64,000 bases of DNA from Octopus bimaculoides (taxonomy: Eukaryota), in the NCBI RefSeq assembly GCF_001194135.2, contig NC_068984.1:126179074-126243073 (forward strand). The letters are read 5' to 3'. Positions 27,018-40,527 of the stretch are shown piece by piece. The notes below the pieces were generated by a model, which was not told the DNA's origin, searched no databases, and saw only the letters and a program-made list of their open reading frames with translations. The position numbers and the translations under genes were made by a program. Every line of letters starts with the position of its first letter. Position 1 is the first letter of the stretch.

Positions 27018-27460
27018 NNNNNNNNNNNNNNNNNNNNNNNNNNNNNNNNNNNNNNNNNNNNNNNNNNNNNNNNNNNNNNNNNNNNNNNNNNNNNNNNNNN
27101 NNNNNNNNNNNNNNNNNNNNNNNNNNNNNNNNNNNNNNNNNNNNNNNNNNNNNNNNNNNNNNNNNNNNNNNNNNNNNNNNNNNNNNNNNNNNNNNNNNNN
27201 NNNNNNNNNNNNNNNNNNNNNNNNNNNNNNNNNNNNNNNNNNNNNNNNNNNNNNNNNNNNNNNNNNNNNNNNNNNNNNNNNNNNNNNNNNNNNNNNNNNN
27301 NNNNNNNNNNNNNNNNNNNNNNNNNNNNNNNNNNNNNNNNNNNNNNNNNNNNNNNNNNNNNNNNNNNNNNNNNNNNNNNNNNNNNNNNNNNNNNNNNNNN
27401 NNNNNNNNNNNNNNNNNNNNNNNNNNNNNNNNNNNNNNNNNNNNNNNNNNNNNNNNNNNT
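27018..27460. other. Assembly gap
   Basis: N run. Confidence 1.
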
Positions 27461-29149
27461 ATACACACACACACACACATTTAATGTTTTGTGTGTTATT
27501 TTGAATTTAAAAATACTGTCTTAAAATATTGTGTAATACCTTTATTCTTCCCATCATTTTCGTATATAATTTTATTTTTATTGTTTGTTATCTCCACATA
27601 TTCTGTTATATCTTTTGTACACCTGCATTATCATTGGGGACTGGTGGCAAAAACAATGAAAGAATTATTTAAATGAAAATGACTTGCATTCAGATTTTGC
27701 TTGGTATCATCCACATAGGTTTCTAATGTCCTAGGAGAATGCATAAGCATCACAAAGTCCCCCTTCCTCATCTATAATTAAAAGTAGCATTACTATAGTT
27801 TTTTTCTAGAATAATGTAGATTTTAAAAATAGTTCTTTCATGTTTGCCTTTTTTTTTTCTTCTTTGTGAATTGTTGTTTAAGTTTACTCCACAACTAAAA
27901 TAGCATTACTAACTATATCAAATAAAATTAGGCGGCAATAGAGCTCATATCTCCATTATTCAGACAGCTTTGACTAATTGTTGTTATAATAATAATAATA
28001 ATAAGTAGAAGAATAACAACAACAACCAGCATAATAGTTACTTCAGTCCTCCAGACAGGATCAACAATGGTTCATTTATTTATTTATTTATTTACTTGCA
28101 TTGACGGCAGCGTACTGGTTCACTGCAGCGACGGGACATACATTCTATATATTACAGCTATAATATCTGTGTGGGTGGGTTTCTGTATATATATTTTTTT
28201 ATGTGTATATATATTAGTTTATTCAGAGATAAAGCTTCACATTAAGCAAATATATATTGCTGAGTATTCTCTTTTGTACACTTGAATGCACATGTGCATG
28301 TATATGATAATCTTTATTGCAAATCCTCCATTCAAGTGTATGAAAACATTTAGGTGTGGTATACAGTCACACTACATATAGTCATTAGATTCTACAGGCT
28401 TCTACTTTATTTCTCCAATAAAAAGGCAAATCTCAATTACTTGAGAAGTCTTTGCATATGGCACTTAATACATCATCCCTTAACTTATTTATCCAAATTC
28501 ATGTTGTTAGTCATTTTGAATTATTTCCTCTTAGCTTTCTTTTTTTTTTTTTTAAATTTCTTTCTGCAAATTATACTGGCTAACAGTTATTTGTAATTCC
28601 CTTTTTATACATAAAATGTTTTTCACCTGTTGAAGCAGGGTTTTTTTGTATTGCCCAGTTCAGTGTTATTTTTCAATAAAACGAACAGATATGTATATTG
28701 TTCTATATATTTATACACACTTACATACATATTATATTTGTCAGCATATTGTTAAGCAGTATTCTTATGAAGTTTATAAAATGTGAGTTTGTATGTACCC
28801 GTGTGTGTGAGAGTGAGAGAGGGTATGTTTCTTGACAGATTGTTTAGACTAACTGGAAAAGGAGAAATCAATACATAAAGGCAAGTGCTTATATAATAAA
28901 GAAATTATGTGGCTGTGTGGTCAAATGTTGGTTACCAAAATCACAAGATAATAAATAGATGGAAACTGTATGGAAGCCCATGGAATGGATTGTATCAATA
29001 ATTCAAAGAGTAAATCTTATTACACACACTGATCATGCTGAAGATTACATTAAAGGTTTGCATGTCTGTAGATATTCCAACAACTGAATACTTGTCTTCA
29101 AAAACAATGTAGTTCCATTTACTCTAGTTCTCATAGCTAAGTCTGTTGA

Positions 29150-29965
29150 AGGTTTGGAGAAGAAATTCCAGATCTGGAAGCAAAAACCGAGTAAACTTAG
29201 CAAAGGGTGAAGTCTTAGAGGACAGACCCTGCTACCATTTGGAAATTGTTGTGCTCAGTAGATAGAAATTCCATGCGATGTACCTGGTGTAAACTTTGAA
29301 TGCACAATAGTTGTTATGAGATCACAGGCAGGTTGACTGTTAAGGTAAAACTTTGTATGTGGCAAGATACACAGGAGTTATTAGTAGTAAGAATACATTT
29401 GAAAAACATTTCTTCAAACACTTGGAAAACTCACTACAAGTTGTTGATAACTTTTGCTACATCAGTGGCCTAATTAGCAGTTGAGGTGAGTATAGTGACC
29501 ACTGTAAGAACAGAGTGGAGGAATTTTAAGAAGTTTGATGGTAGAACATGGTTTCTCTCTCCTTGTATAATGCTTGTGTACAAAGTACAATAGTGTATGG
29601 TACTGAGAGTGAGATGTGAACCTTGAATGCAGAGAATTTAAGATTAGATAGAAATAAAGTGCTGTGCTCTGCTGACAGTAATATTAGCATACAGTGAATG
29701 ATGGAGTACAAATGAGCTGAGAGAAAAGCATTGGGTATGAGAGGAATTAGATGTGTGCAAGAGAGAAAATATTCTGCTGTTATGAGTACGAGATGTATAT
29801 GAAAGACAGCAGTTGTTTAAAGTGGTAGTGAGTGCTCAAAGTAGGATGGAACCTGTGAAAAAAGGTGTACTAGGAAGGCATGGGACAAAGTGATGGAGAT
29901 TGATCTCAAAATGCTGAGCTTCACAAAAAGTTGGTGACGTGGTGCTGAAGAAGACCTGACAACAT
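29150..29965 (+). mobile_element. Degenerate RTE-clade LINE ORF2 C-terminal relic
   Basis: Residual motifs CSVDRNS.RCT, VDNFCY, LYNACV.ST.VYG.E and a G...AWDKV..IDLKML-like end; many stops. Confidence 0.55.
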
Positions 29966-31543
29966 ATGCAGACATAGAAAGATGAATGTTAAAATGGTGA
30001 TAGTGGTGAAGACTGGGACATGTATCTACATTTAGTTTGTTGCTATATGTTTCTGTTAAGTCACCATTTTCTCTCCAGTCCCTTGCTCTTTCATGACCTC
30101 CCTTTTTTCTGTTGCTCACCTTCTCTTTCATTTTATGCCATACTAATCATGTAATGATAGTTTGGGATCAATCCATATTTAATGCCCCCACCTCTTCTCT
30201 CTTCCCTCTTTCTTATTTCAATACCTGTGTAATGAAAGAGTGCATTGGATCGGTTAATATTTGATACTCACCATCACTTTTCTGTATTGCTAGCCATCTC
30301 TCCCTCACTTCCAGGTCATTATTGATCTTCATATTACCATCACCCATTTCTTCACCTATCCAATCCCTTGCTCTCTTTGTCTCCCTTACCAACAAACATA
30401 TAACTGCTATCACTACACACAAACACACACACAATTACCTAATTAATTATCCAATTATCAGAAAGGTTTCTTACTCATTAGCCAATTAAGAAATTAAATG
30501 TAATAAATCAGTTAAATTGTAAAGAAATGCTTAGAACAGTTAACTATTAATAATGGGTACACAAATCCATTAAAAGGTGACTGAGGGTTAGAAATACCTA
30601 GACTGGCATGAAATAAGTGACAATCTGTTGCAGATCTTAAATAGCTGCACCCCAAACTGGAAGAAACATTAGCACGCCAGGTGAAATGCTTGGCAGTATT
30701 TTATCTGTTTTTATATTCTGAGTTCAAATTCAGCTGAGGTCGACTTTGCTTTTCATCCTTTCGGGGTCGATTAAATTGACTGGCCCCCTCCCCAAAAATT
30801 TCAGGCCTTGTGCCTAGAGTAGAAAAAAAAGAAACTATGTGCTATTCTAACTCATGGAGATTCCATAAAGTTGCATTAATCTTTGCTCTATGGTTCTGGT
30901 TGATTGCATTTTCCTCGCTAAAAAGAACAAAAAGAAGGTCATATCATTTGTTGTTCATGCAGTTAGTAGGAAGTAGATAGCTTTACAAATGTATTGTCTT
31001 TTACTATCACAACTCGACTGTGAAGGAGATTTGGAACCTGTTGTCAGTCAGGCACATTGGAGCACAACAGAAAGTTGTTGAAAAATTTGATCACATGACC
31101 ATGTAGCCAGTATATCTAGCAATTTATTTAACTTGCCAACACTGCCACATTAATGTGCCATATTTTTGTTAGTTTATAAATAACTGGCTGAATGTTTATT
31201 ATTCCATTGGTCCTGACGTCCAATCATATCTTACCTAGTCAGCTGCCAGTGATCAAGAGACTCACATATTACAATAATGTCATGTGCATAATATGTGTCT
31301 TCTATCTTAACTCCCTTCTTAGTTTATCTGACTAGACTATTAAAATTATTTTTCTTTCAGCATTTCAGCCCAGCTACATTCATTTCTCTAGTACATGTTA
31401 CCAGTAGATGATGCAGGGCACATGTTTTACTTGCTGCTGGCCATAGACACTGTGTCAATAACCTGTTCATATTTTATAATGTCACAACACCAATTTACTT
31501 TTATAGTGCAATTCCAAGTCAATTCTGATCCAACAGAATTATA

Positions 31544-31755
31544 CAGGGTGTCCACAAAGTCTGGGTACATGGGGAATAACACATACTTTAAGAAATTATT
31601 ATTTCCTATATTTAATTGTTTGTTATGATTTTATTTACTCCATGTACCCACATGGGAATTAATACATACTTTAAGAAATTATTATTTCTTATATTTAATT
31701 GTTTATGTTATGAATTTAATTTTACTCCATGTACCCAGACCTTGTGGACACCCTG
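31544..31755. mobile_element. Tc1/mariner-type MITE, 212 bp, TA-flanked, with internal tandem duplication
   Basis: 29-bp TIRs CAGGGTGTCCACAA(A/G)GTCTGGGTACATGG with one mismatch; TA at 31542-43 and 31756-57. Confidence 0.9.
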
Positions 31756-33821
31756 TAGTACACAGGTAGTCAGTCAAACACTTTTTTTTATAGGTGTAGG
31801 CATGGCTGTGTGGGTAAGAACTTCACTTCCCAGCAACATGTGTGGCACCTTGGGCAAGTGTCTTCTACAGCCTCATTCATGCCAACCAAAGCCTTGTGAG
31901 TGGATTTGGTAGATGGAAACTGAAAGAAGCCTGTCGTGTATATGTGTGTGTCTTTGTGTCTGTGTTTGTCCCCACCACTGCTTGACAACTGGTACTGATG
32001 TGTTCATGTCCCTGTAACTTAGCAGTTTGTCGAAAGAGACCAATAAAATAAGCACCAGGCTTTAAAAATAAATACTGGGGTCAATTCATTCAACTAAAAA
32101 TACTCCAAGGCAGTACTCCAGCATGGCCACAGTCTAATGACTGAAACAAGTAAAAGGTAAAAGACATATATATATAATTTATTTACTCACTTCTGCCTAT
32201 GTACCTAAGAATGATGCTGGATATCTCATCATGAAGTTGTTAATTGTATGAGGCACAGTGTCACAGATTGTACAAGTTTTATCCTCATCATTGTCTAAGA
32301 TTATTTCCATATGCCTATTGTTTAAATTCTAGTCAGTCTTGACTGAGTAGACCTCAGATCAAATATATTTAAACTGTGACCATCCCATAGTGGCCACTTC
32401 AAAGTGGGTTAAGTGGTTGACCCAGAACATGATAGTTGCCATTCTACTACACTTAAATCATTTGTGGTGTTCATCTCAGTATAGAGTTTAGGATGGAGTT
32501 TATTTGATGCTTTTACTGTTTTTGTGTTCTTTTCTGCTTATCTGGACTGAATGAGAGGGTTAATGTTTTTAGGATGGTATTGTAGATGTATCTAAACTGA
32601 ATGGGTGGGATATTGTTTTTGCCGTATTTTGAACTGTTAAGGATATGTCCAGTTGATGTACCACCAAGGTCTGTGATAGTTGAAGTATACTACAATAGCA
32701 AACTGTGCCTCAGTTGTTTAGATAAGAGTTTGTGTGTGTGTGATGCTTCAACTCCAGCTCTTTCATGACATTTTCTAACAATACACAGCTTATGTGTTCC
32801 AATTAATTTTCAAAACAGCCAAGGATTTGAAGATGGGTTTTATGATTTTTTTCATTATATTAAGATAGTGTTTGGATTACACTTTCACTAAAGGTTCTTG
32901 CACATCTGAAATATTGTGTTAGCATTGATGTTAAGGGGTGATTTAAGATGCAATGTTAACATGGGGTTGTTAATATAATTCCAAGTTAATATGTTTGGCT
33001 AGGTTGGTAACAGTGGGACAAGGGGCAGCCTCTGGTAAATTCATATTGAAAGGGCTCCTTCTAAACATAACTACCAACCTTTGCAGTAAGCAGGCTGTAT
33101 TGAGTATTACTCTGCTCTTAGTTTTGTTTACCTTCCAAACATTGTACTTGAGCTCTCTTTGCTAAATTTTAAGACGTGGCAGTTAGTAGCAGAGACCAGA
33201 TTCAACTAAATTGAAATACAACCTAAAGTTGAGTCTCCTGGATTTTTTGTTTGCTTGTGTTGTTTCTCAGTATCTCAATCAAAATCCTGGTGAAGAGGTT
33301 TTAATAGCTCAACATCAGTGCAGTTAGCTGCAGAAAATACATTTATGACCAATATCAATCATCTCTAGTAGTTACTGTGTACGGGAATTGCATATTCCCT
33401 TAGAATAGATTATAACGACAGATTTGAGTTAACAGCCAGAAACACATCTATTATAAATAAGAATAATGTATTATATATTTGACAGAAGATCAGTTTGTAT
33501 GTATGGGGAAGTATTTACTTGACAATACTGTATTTCAGACATCTACAGATTATATAATGATGATGAATTAATAAAATATGAGGTAGATATGTACTGCTAT
33601 CCACTATTTGGTGAATTAATGAACATCAGGGACCAATGTGATGTATTGCTGTGGAATAGTAGGGAACCAGTACAATATATCAATGTAGTACATTGTAGAA
33701 TATTAGAGAGCAGTATAATATATTATCATAGTATAACATTGGGAGGTCAGACGATATAATGTTGTTGTACATTGTAGAACACTATTAACCATTCTGTTGC
33801 AGACATAGACCTACAAATGAC

Positions 33822-34044
33822 CTAACTCTTTAGTATTTAAATCGGCCATATCAGGTCCAAATATTTTATCTGTTCTGTGCTTAAACTGGCTAGATCCATA
33901 ACACTTAACCTATAATGTCATTCTTAAAATAAATAATCATCTCATCGAAATATCGAAGCTACAAGATAATAAATGATAAATTCAAAGCAATATGAATAAT
34001 TAAGCATTACATCCAACAGAATAATCTGAATACTAAAGGGTTAA
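33822..34044 (+). mobile_element. TTAA-flanked MITE family C
   Basis: TAACTCTTTAG...CTAAAGGGTTAA; body matches 34895-35122. Confidence 0.75.
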
Positions 34045-34894
34045 AAGCTCTATATCAGCAGTCAAACAATACATTGTTTCCTTCACACGCTTCATTAAAC
34101 CCGGGTTTTGTTTTCAGAAGCATAAAACACATCAATATTGAACACCTGCTCTCTTCTATACTGTGTATCAGTGTAATGGTTACATGTCTTGGCCAGATTA
34201 ACCACCAGTGTGCATGCTGCTGGGTAACTAACCCTTTAGTTAGCAACACTGTGTAACCCTGTCTTCATTAAACAAGATACTCTTTCTCTTACTACAACAT
34301 CTGTTATTGCTCAAGTTAATGTGGAAGCCAGTATACAAGTCCTTCTACCACAGAGCTCTATGCCCTGCTTATATCTACTCCTCTTTCACACAATCACTGA
34401 CTTGCAACAGCTTGATATGAATATTGATTACATTATCTCTCCTCTCCACCCAAGGTGAAGACAGTTGAAAAGGCCATAATTAACACCGTCCTTCCTTGTT
34501 GGAATAACTAATAAGGAAGAAATTTGAATTGTATGCTCACATATATTGGGTGGTGGTAATGGTGCTACACACACACGCACACATATATATCCTAGGCATA
34601 GCAAAAACTTCCTCACTAACACACTACAACCACTAACTCACAAAAATGCTTTTTTGTCTCTTTTCCTCTTCTATCACTATTACGATGCTTTCTGTTTCAC
34701 TGAACTTGCTAGATTCATGCATACCTTTTCCCCACCTCATCTCCATGCCTGCAAGCATTGTTCCACAAATGTTCTAACCAAATGCTGAACTGGGAGAGCC
34801 TTCATAGATTATGGACATTAGCTCTTTGCTGCTAATAATGTTATTAAAAAGAAAGAAAAAAAATGGTTTAGTTTTAGTTAATCGTAGAGTAGCT

Positions 34895-35122
34895 TTAACC
34901 CTTTAGCGTTTAAACCAGCCATATCCGGCCCAAATATGTTACCCATCTTATGTTCTAACCAGCCAGATCCAGCCTATTACACCTACCTTTCAATGCTGTT
35001 CTAAAAATACACAATCCCATCATCAAAATTTCAAAGCTACAAATTAATGCAAGATTAATTCAAAACAGTGTGAATGGGAAAGCATTACTTTTGACAGAAT
35101 GATCTGAATGCTAAACGGTTAA
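34895..35122 (+). mobile_element. TTAA-flanked MITE family C, 228 bp (piggyBac-like ends)
   Basis: TTAA|CCCTTTAGC ... GCTAAACGG|TTAA inverted termini. Confidence 0.8.
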
Positions 35123-35614
35123 ATGAAGGACAGTGTCTAGAATTAGCATGCTGGTGGTGGTGGTCAGTATTGGCAGGGATCTGATTGAAAACATACATGC
35201 CTATTTTCTTGTGTGACAACGATTTTATTAGAACATTAATGATTGTCTCTGCCTTATGTTGACAACACAACATACAACTATTCTGACATTAAAAGGGAAA
35301 GTGTACAGGTCTTACAGCAAGTAGTATTGAAATAATAATGTTTCCTCTCACTTATTCAAATGAGGTATTAGCAAAATGCTTAGTAGCATTTTGTCCATCT
35401 TTATGTTCTGAGTTCAACTTCCACCAAAGTTGACATTGCCTATCTTCCTTTCAGGGTCAGTAAAACAAGTACCAGTTTAGCACTGGAATCAATGTAATTG
35501 ATTTACTCCCTTTCCCAAACTTGCTGGCCTTGTGCCAAAATTTGAAACTAATATTTTCTTTGTTTCTTTTGTCCTCTTTAATGAAGGTCTTTTTTTTTTT
35601 TCTGTTCTTTTCAG

Positions 35615-35661
35615 CTTCCAAATTAGTGGCTGGTGTGTGTTCTAAATACTTGCAGAGAAAG
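35615..35661 (+). CDS. LEMD3: MAN1 exon 2 (ASKLVAGVCSKYLQRK), luminal
   Basis: 47 nt, phase 1 to 0, which is what is needed to join exon 1 to exon 3. Long poly-T/pyrimidine tract ending TTTTCAG; donor AAG|GTAAAG; open frame containing a Cys. Chosen on splice signals, not homology. Confidence 0.75.
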
Positions 35662-37177
35662 GTAAAGTTTATATTAATTTTTCTTGAACTCAACTATTGA
35701 GAACAGATGTTTGTTTCTACTTTCATGAGGAAAAGCAAGTAAAGAATTCATTCTTGCTCTGGAAAGGATGTCTGCCTAATGCCTACTGAAATTCAAAAAA
35801 GTGCTGATAGCTATTTTCTTAAGCTGGCTGGCATAAAACTCATGGCATTAATCCCACTGACAGAATTACAATGAAATGCCTACATTGAAATTTGAGCTCA
35901 GAACCTGTGTGTTTTGATAGTGCAACTTATCTCCACAACCATTTCACCATTATTTACTGTTGACCTAGTGTTGTGATCATTTGGATTTGTAAGTGACAGT
36001 TATATATTAGATCATATCATCTATTAAGTCACCATCACTTTGTGGTTATCACTGAAATCTGTTGTAAATGTAAGAGGTCTGAGCGGAGGAGATATAAAAG
36101 TACTAGCTCATAGGTCACTGATTCAAATCGGTTGCGTGAAAGAACATTTTATTTCTTTATTTCAGATAGCAGTGTTAAATTAGGCAAGAGATTAGAAGCA
36201 TCTTATCAGTTGCCTGGTTATCATTACCAGCTGGCCTTGGGAGACCTTTTGTGGAATCCACTCTTTTATGCACCTTCAGACCAGGTCTTTAATACCTCTC
36301 TCTCATAGAAGGAAGAAATTGTATCCATGGCTTTTGTCTCTGAAACGAGTTAGATTGATGGAGTAGTTAAACTAAAGTTGGTGCTGCTTGTGGCAGCACT
36401 TGAGATCTTATGTGCCACCTAATGAAAAGCACAGCGTAATACACGTCAAAAATCATAACACCCACAAAAAATGTTGCTCAGGAGTGGAACATTCTCCTTC
36501 CATTCCTTACCGCTATTTTGCTACACTAGGATTGATGTAGCTCATATTCAATTTGAATAACTGCAAGATCTTGATTCCATTTTCTCTGTGTTCTTCACCA
36601 GTTTCAGTACTGCTCTTCCTGTTCTCACCAAACCCCCCCCCCCCAAAATACAATGCTACCTCAGCTGTTGGTACCAGATCATATGAGAGTGTGCCCTGTG
36701 ACAGATTAGCATCCTGTTTGGAGGGGAGATATAATTCGTTCATGCAAAGTTGTGAAATTGGAGTTAAGTACTGGCCTTTAAAAGCCTCTTTAGGATTTAG
36801 GAGGCATTTGCACACACCCACAGACACGTGCACACCATCTGTTCAGTTAGTCAATTAGTGGTAGACAACTTGTGAGGGAGCTTTTGTGCAGTTGGTCAGT
36901 CTGCTAGTAGTTTCATGCTCTACCATCTTTAAAAAAAAAAATTAGACATATTAGATAATTATAGACTTGAAATACACTATCTGATTAAAATTCTGGAATG
37001 TCTTTGTTTGTAAGGTTGACTGGGGAGCTAAAAAATGCAACCACTACAACTTTTCTGTTAGTAGATGATTAGTCTAGCAGTGTTCCTATATAACCCTTTA
37101 CCTGTCCAAAAAATTTTCGTAACTTCGTCCTCAATGTCCATACTTGTTTTTGTGCTTTTAGTTGGCTCGTTTCATAC

Positions 37178-37405
37178 ATCATCATCATCATCGTTTAACG
37201 TCCGCTTTCCATGCTAGCATGGGTTGGACGATTTGACTGAGGACTGGTGAAACCAGATGGCTACACCAGGCTCCAATCTGATTTGGCAGAGTTTCTACAG
37301 CTGGATGCCCTTCCTAATGCCAACCACTCAGAGAGTGTAGTGGGTGCTTTTTACGTGCCACCAGCACGAAGGCCAGTCAGGCGGTACTGGCAACGGCCAC
37401 ACTCA
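37178..37405 (-). mobile_element. Short 5'-truncated RTE 3' end with (GAT)n tail
   Basis: Near-identical to 40528-40760. Confidence 0.8.
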
Positions 37406-38489
37406 CATTCTGCATAATATAAAGCTTTCCTTTCATGAACTCCAAGTTATTCTGCTAGTTGAAAAATATTAGGAGTGTATATCATATATGTTGTGTGAAC
37501 ACCAGATAAATTTTTTCTTTTGTATCTTGTGTTACACGAGACAGGTAAAGGGTTAAAGTGACCATGACATTACAATATTAACATCCACCATATTATTCAG
37601 CTCACAAATTTGTTGCCATCATTCTAATAACAAACTATTGAAACTGAATCTCATCTTAAAAGAAATGGATTGATTTTATATCTTGGTTGGTAGAATAAGA
37701 TCCAGTGATTTTTACATGTCCTAATCTACTGTATTCTTCCATGCTTAACTAATCCTAACCCGGATCTTTTCCTTTTGGCCGGCACATAGAAAAAATAATT
37801 TTTGGTGACTAAACACTTTCAAATTTCGTATACTGGTAGAATGTGTCATTTAAAACATCATTTACTCTTAGCGTTTTAAAAAAAAATTCCTTATTTTCAA
37901 AGTTATGACGTCTATTGAGGTGAAAACAATTACTGCTGTGGTTTGTCAGCAAGACGTTCTGGTGGTGTAATGGGATCTTTTCCCTTGAATAAAATTACTG
38001 CCGTTGTTTGTTAACAACTATCGGTGGTACTGTTATCTATGACATCGTTCGTGCGTTTGTACTAGTTTTAGCTTTAGAGTTTTAGGGTTAGGGTCCAAGT
38101 TTTAGAGTTAGGGTTAGCCTATTTTATTTCATATCAATTCCATTTGCAACAATAACTATAACAGCAACATCAATAAAAACCTCAGCGAGGTAATGAGTTG
38201 ACAAAGAAGCCACCATGTAGTTGTTCTATATAACAACCAAATCACCCTCAAATTACACTCTATTGTCTTATAAATGAAAACAATGGATAATTTTAAACCT
38301 GGATGTGGTTTTTATATTTTATTTCTTCATCATTAGATGATACTTTAGAAATCTAAATACTAATGACACACATACTGCAACTAATTTTATTGTGATTCTA
38401 ATTGAATTCATTAATTACTCTTTTGTTTATTCTGTTGGACTGATTTCTTTTAAAGTTCTCTCTCTCTCTCTCTCTTTCTTTTTCTACAG

Positions 38490-38562
38490 TGTGAAACTGT
38501 TGACATTGATGGCATCTTGAAACTATTGAAAATGTTTCGTGAGAATTTGAGTATCAGATATG
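38490..38562 (+). CDS. LEMD3: MAN1 exon 3 (CETVDIDGILKLLKMFRENLSIRY)
   Basis: Strong (TC)n/T acceptor ending CTACAG; donor G|GTGAGT; 73 nt, phase 0 to 1. Confidence 0.88.
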
Positions 38563-38885
38563 GTGAGTAGACTTTATTCTATTACTCTGTGTGCCACAAA
38601 ACCTCTCCACTTTAAATGACAGAATATTAGGTGTCACCAGAGCATGAAGCTATATATATATATATATATATATAATACAAAGAATATATATACATGTATA
38701 CACACATATATGTACATACTTACATCTACATGTGTATATACATGCATATCAGGGTACAGGACGTTAGAACAATAAACTACAGACAACGGAACGAACACAT
38801 AGGAAAACGGAAAGCCCCTTGGAATATCCCTTCATCAGCTGTCTCTATTCTATCTAGACGTTTCGAAGACCAGACAGGACGTACT

Positions 38886-39260
38886 NNNNNNNNNNNNNNN
38901 NNNNNNNNNNNNNNNNNNNNNNNNNNNNNNNNNNNNNNNNNNNNNNNNNNNNNNNNNNNNNNNNNNNNNNNNNNNNNNNNNNNNNNNNNNNNNNNNNNNN
39001 NNNNNNNNNNNNNNNNNNNNNNNNNNNNNNNNNNNNNNNNNNNNNNNNNNNNNNNNNNNNNNNNNNNNNNNNNNNNNNNNNNNNNNNNNNNNNNNNNNNN
39101 NNNNNNNNNNNNNNNNNNNNNNNNNNNNNNNNNNNNNNNNNNNNNNNNNNNNNNNNNNNNNNNNNNNNNNNNNNNNNNNNNNNNNNNNNNNNNNNNNNNN
39201 NNNNNNNNNNNNNNNNNNNNNNNNNNNNNNNNNNNNNNNNNNNNNNNNNNNNNNNNNNNN
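38886..39260. other. Assembly gap
   Basis: N run. Confidence 1.
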
Positions 39261-40527
39261 GGAGGAAGGGACAGAAGGGTATAGCAGTGAAGTAGAGGCC
39301 AGCACAGAGGTATAGATAGAAAGATGGAGGAAGACAGATAGATAAATAGATAGAAAGATAGATAGATAGATAGACAGATAGATAGATAGAAAGATAGTCA
39401 CGTCAGAATAATAGTAGACTTACTTGTAAAATAGGACGTGTGCGTTCAATAATGTAATAATACAAAGAATATATATACATGTATACACACATATATGTAC
39501 ATACTTACATCTACATGTGTATATACATATATATGTGCACAGACATAGCTAAGTGGTAAGAAATTTTCTTTATAACCATGATTCCTGGTTCAGTCCTGCT
39601 GCATGGCTCCTTGGACATGTGTCTTCTACTATAGCTCTGGACCAGCCAAAACTTTGTAAGTGGATTTTGTAACTGGAAACCGAAAGAAGCCTGCCCGCAT
39701 ATCTCTCTCTCTTTTTTTTTTATACTTGTTTCAGTCAATAGGTTGCAGCCATGCTGGGACACTATCTTGAATTTTTAGTTGAATGAATCGACCCCAGTAC
39801 TTTTTTTTTTTCCTTAAGCCTGGTATTTATTCTAGTGGTCTTTTTGTCGAACCGCTAAGTTATAGGGACATAAAGACACATATGCACACGCACACACACA
39901 TATATATATATAATGGGCTTCTTTCAATTTCCATCTACCAGATCCACTCACAAGGCCCGAGGCTATAGTAGAAGACACTAGCCCAAGGTGCTACACAGTA
40001 GGACTGAACCTGGAACCATGTGGTTGGGAAGCAAGCTTTGTACTACACTGCCATGCCTGTGTGTGTGTTCATGTCTCCTTGTGTTGACATCACTTAATAT
40101 TTATTAATGGGTATCACTATGTTAAGTGAAAAGTCATCATCATAATTTTAAGAACTGCCTTTATGTTCCACATTTAAGTTCCAAAAACCTCATCTCTTTC
40201 ATGTCCAGAAACTTCAGGAAATACATTATCTGGTTGTGTTATGAATCATGATGTAGCCAAATTGTTGAGTACCTGAAACTACACCTAATGTTTAAAACTG
40301 TGAATAGATTATTGTATGATACTGGTTTGTATTGTAAAATTTTGTGTGCCACAACTTCTGAAGAGTACGGGAACACAAATGGACCATGAGTGGTGAACAT
40401 TTTTTTCGTGTTGTAAAGCCACATTGAAATTAATTGTCATCTGATATGGTGGGGTTGCATTTTAAAAAAATCATACTGCTAAACCTATTATTTTGTAAAA
40501 TCTAATTATTCATAAAACCTTAGCAAA

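Noticed and set aside
26930-27504. Long ORFs crossing N gaps (also 6247-6644 and 38694-39401)
   Set aside because: Open only because of unsequenced bases
32400-33350. Possible decayed LINE on the minus strand
   Set aside because: Only faint similarity (shared motifs with 10.5-10.7 kb); no diagnostic RT or endonuclease motif, so not listed as a feature
33539-33582. Alternative 44-nt phase 1-to-0 exon 2 (DIYRLYNDDELIKYE), potentially mutually exclusive with 35615-35661
   Set aside because: No real pyrimidine tract and a weak donor (GAG|GTAGAT); 35615-35661 has much stronger signals. Not excluded without RNA data.
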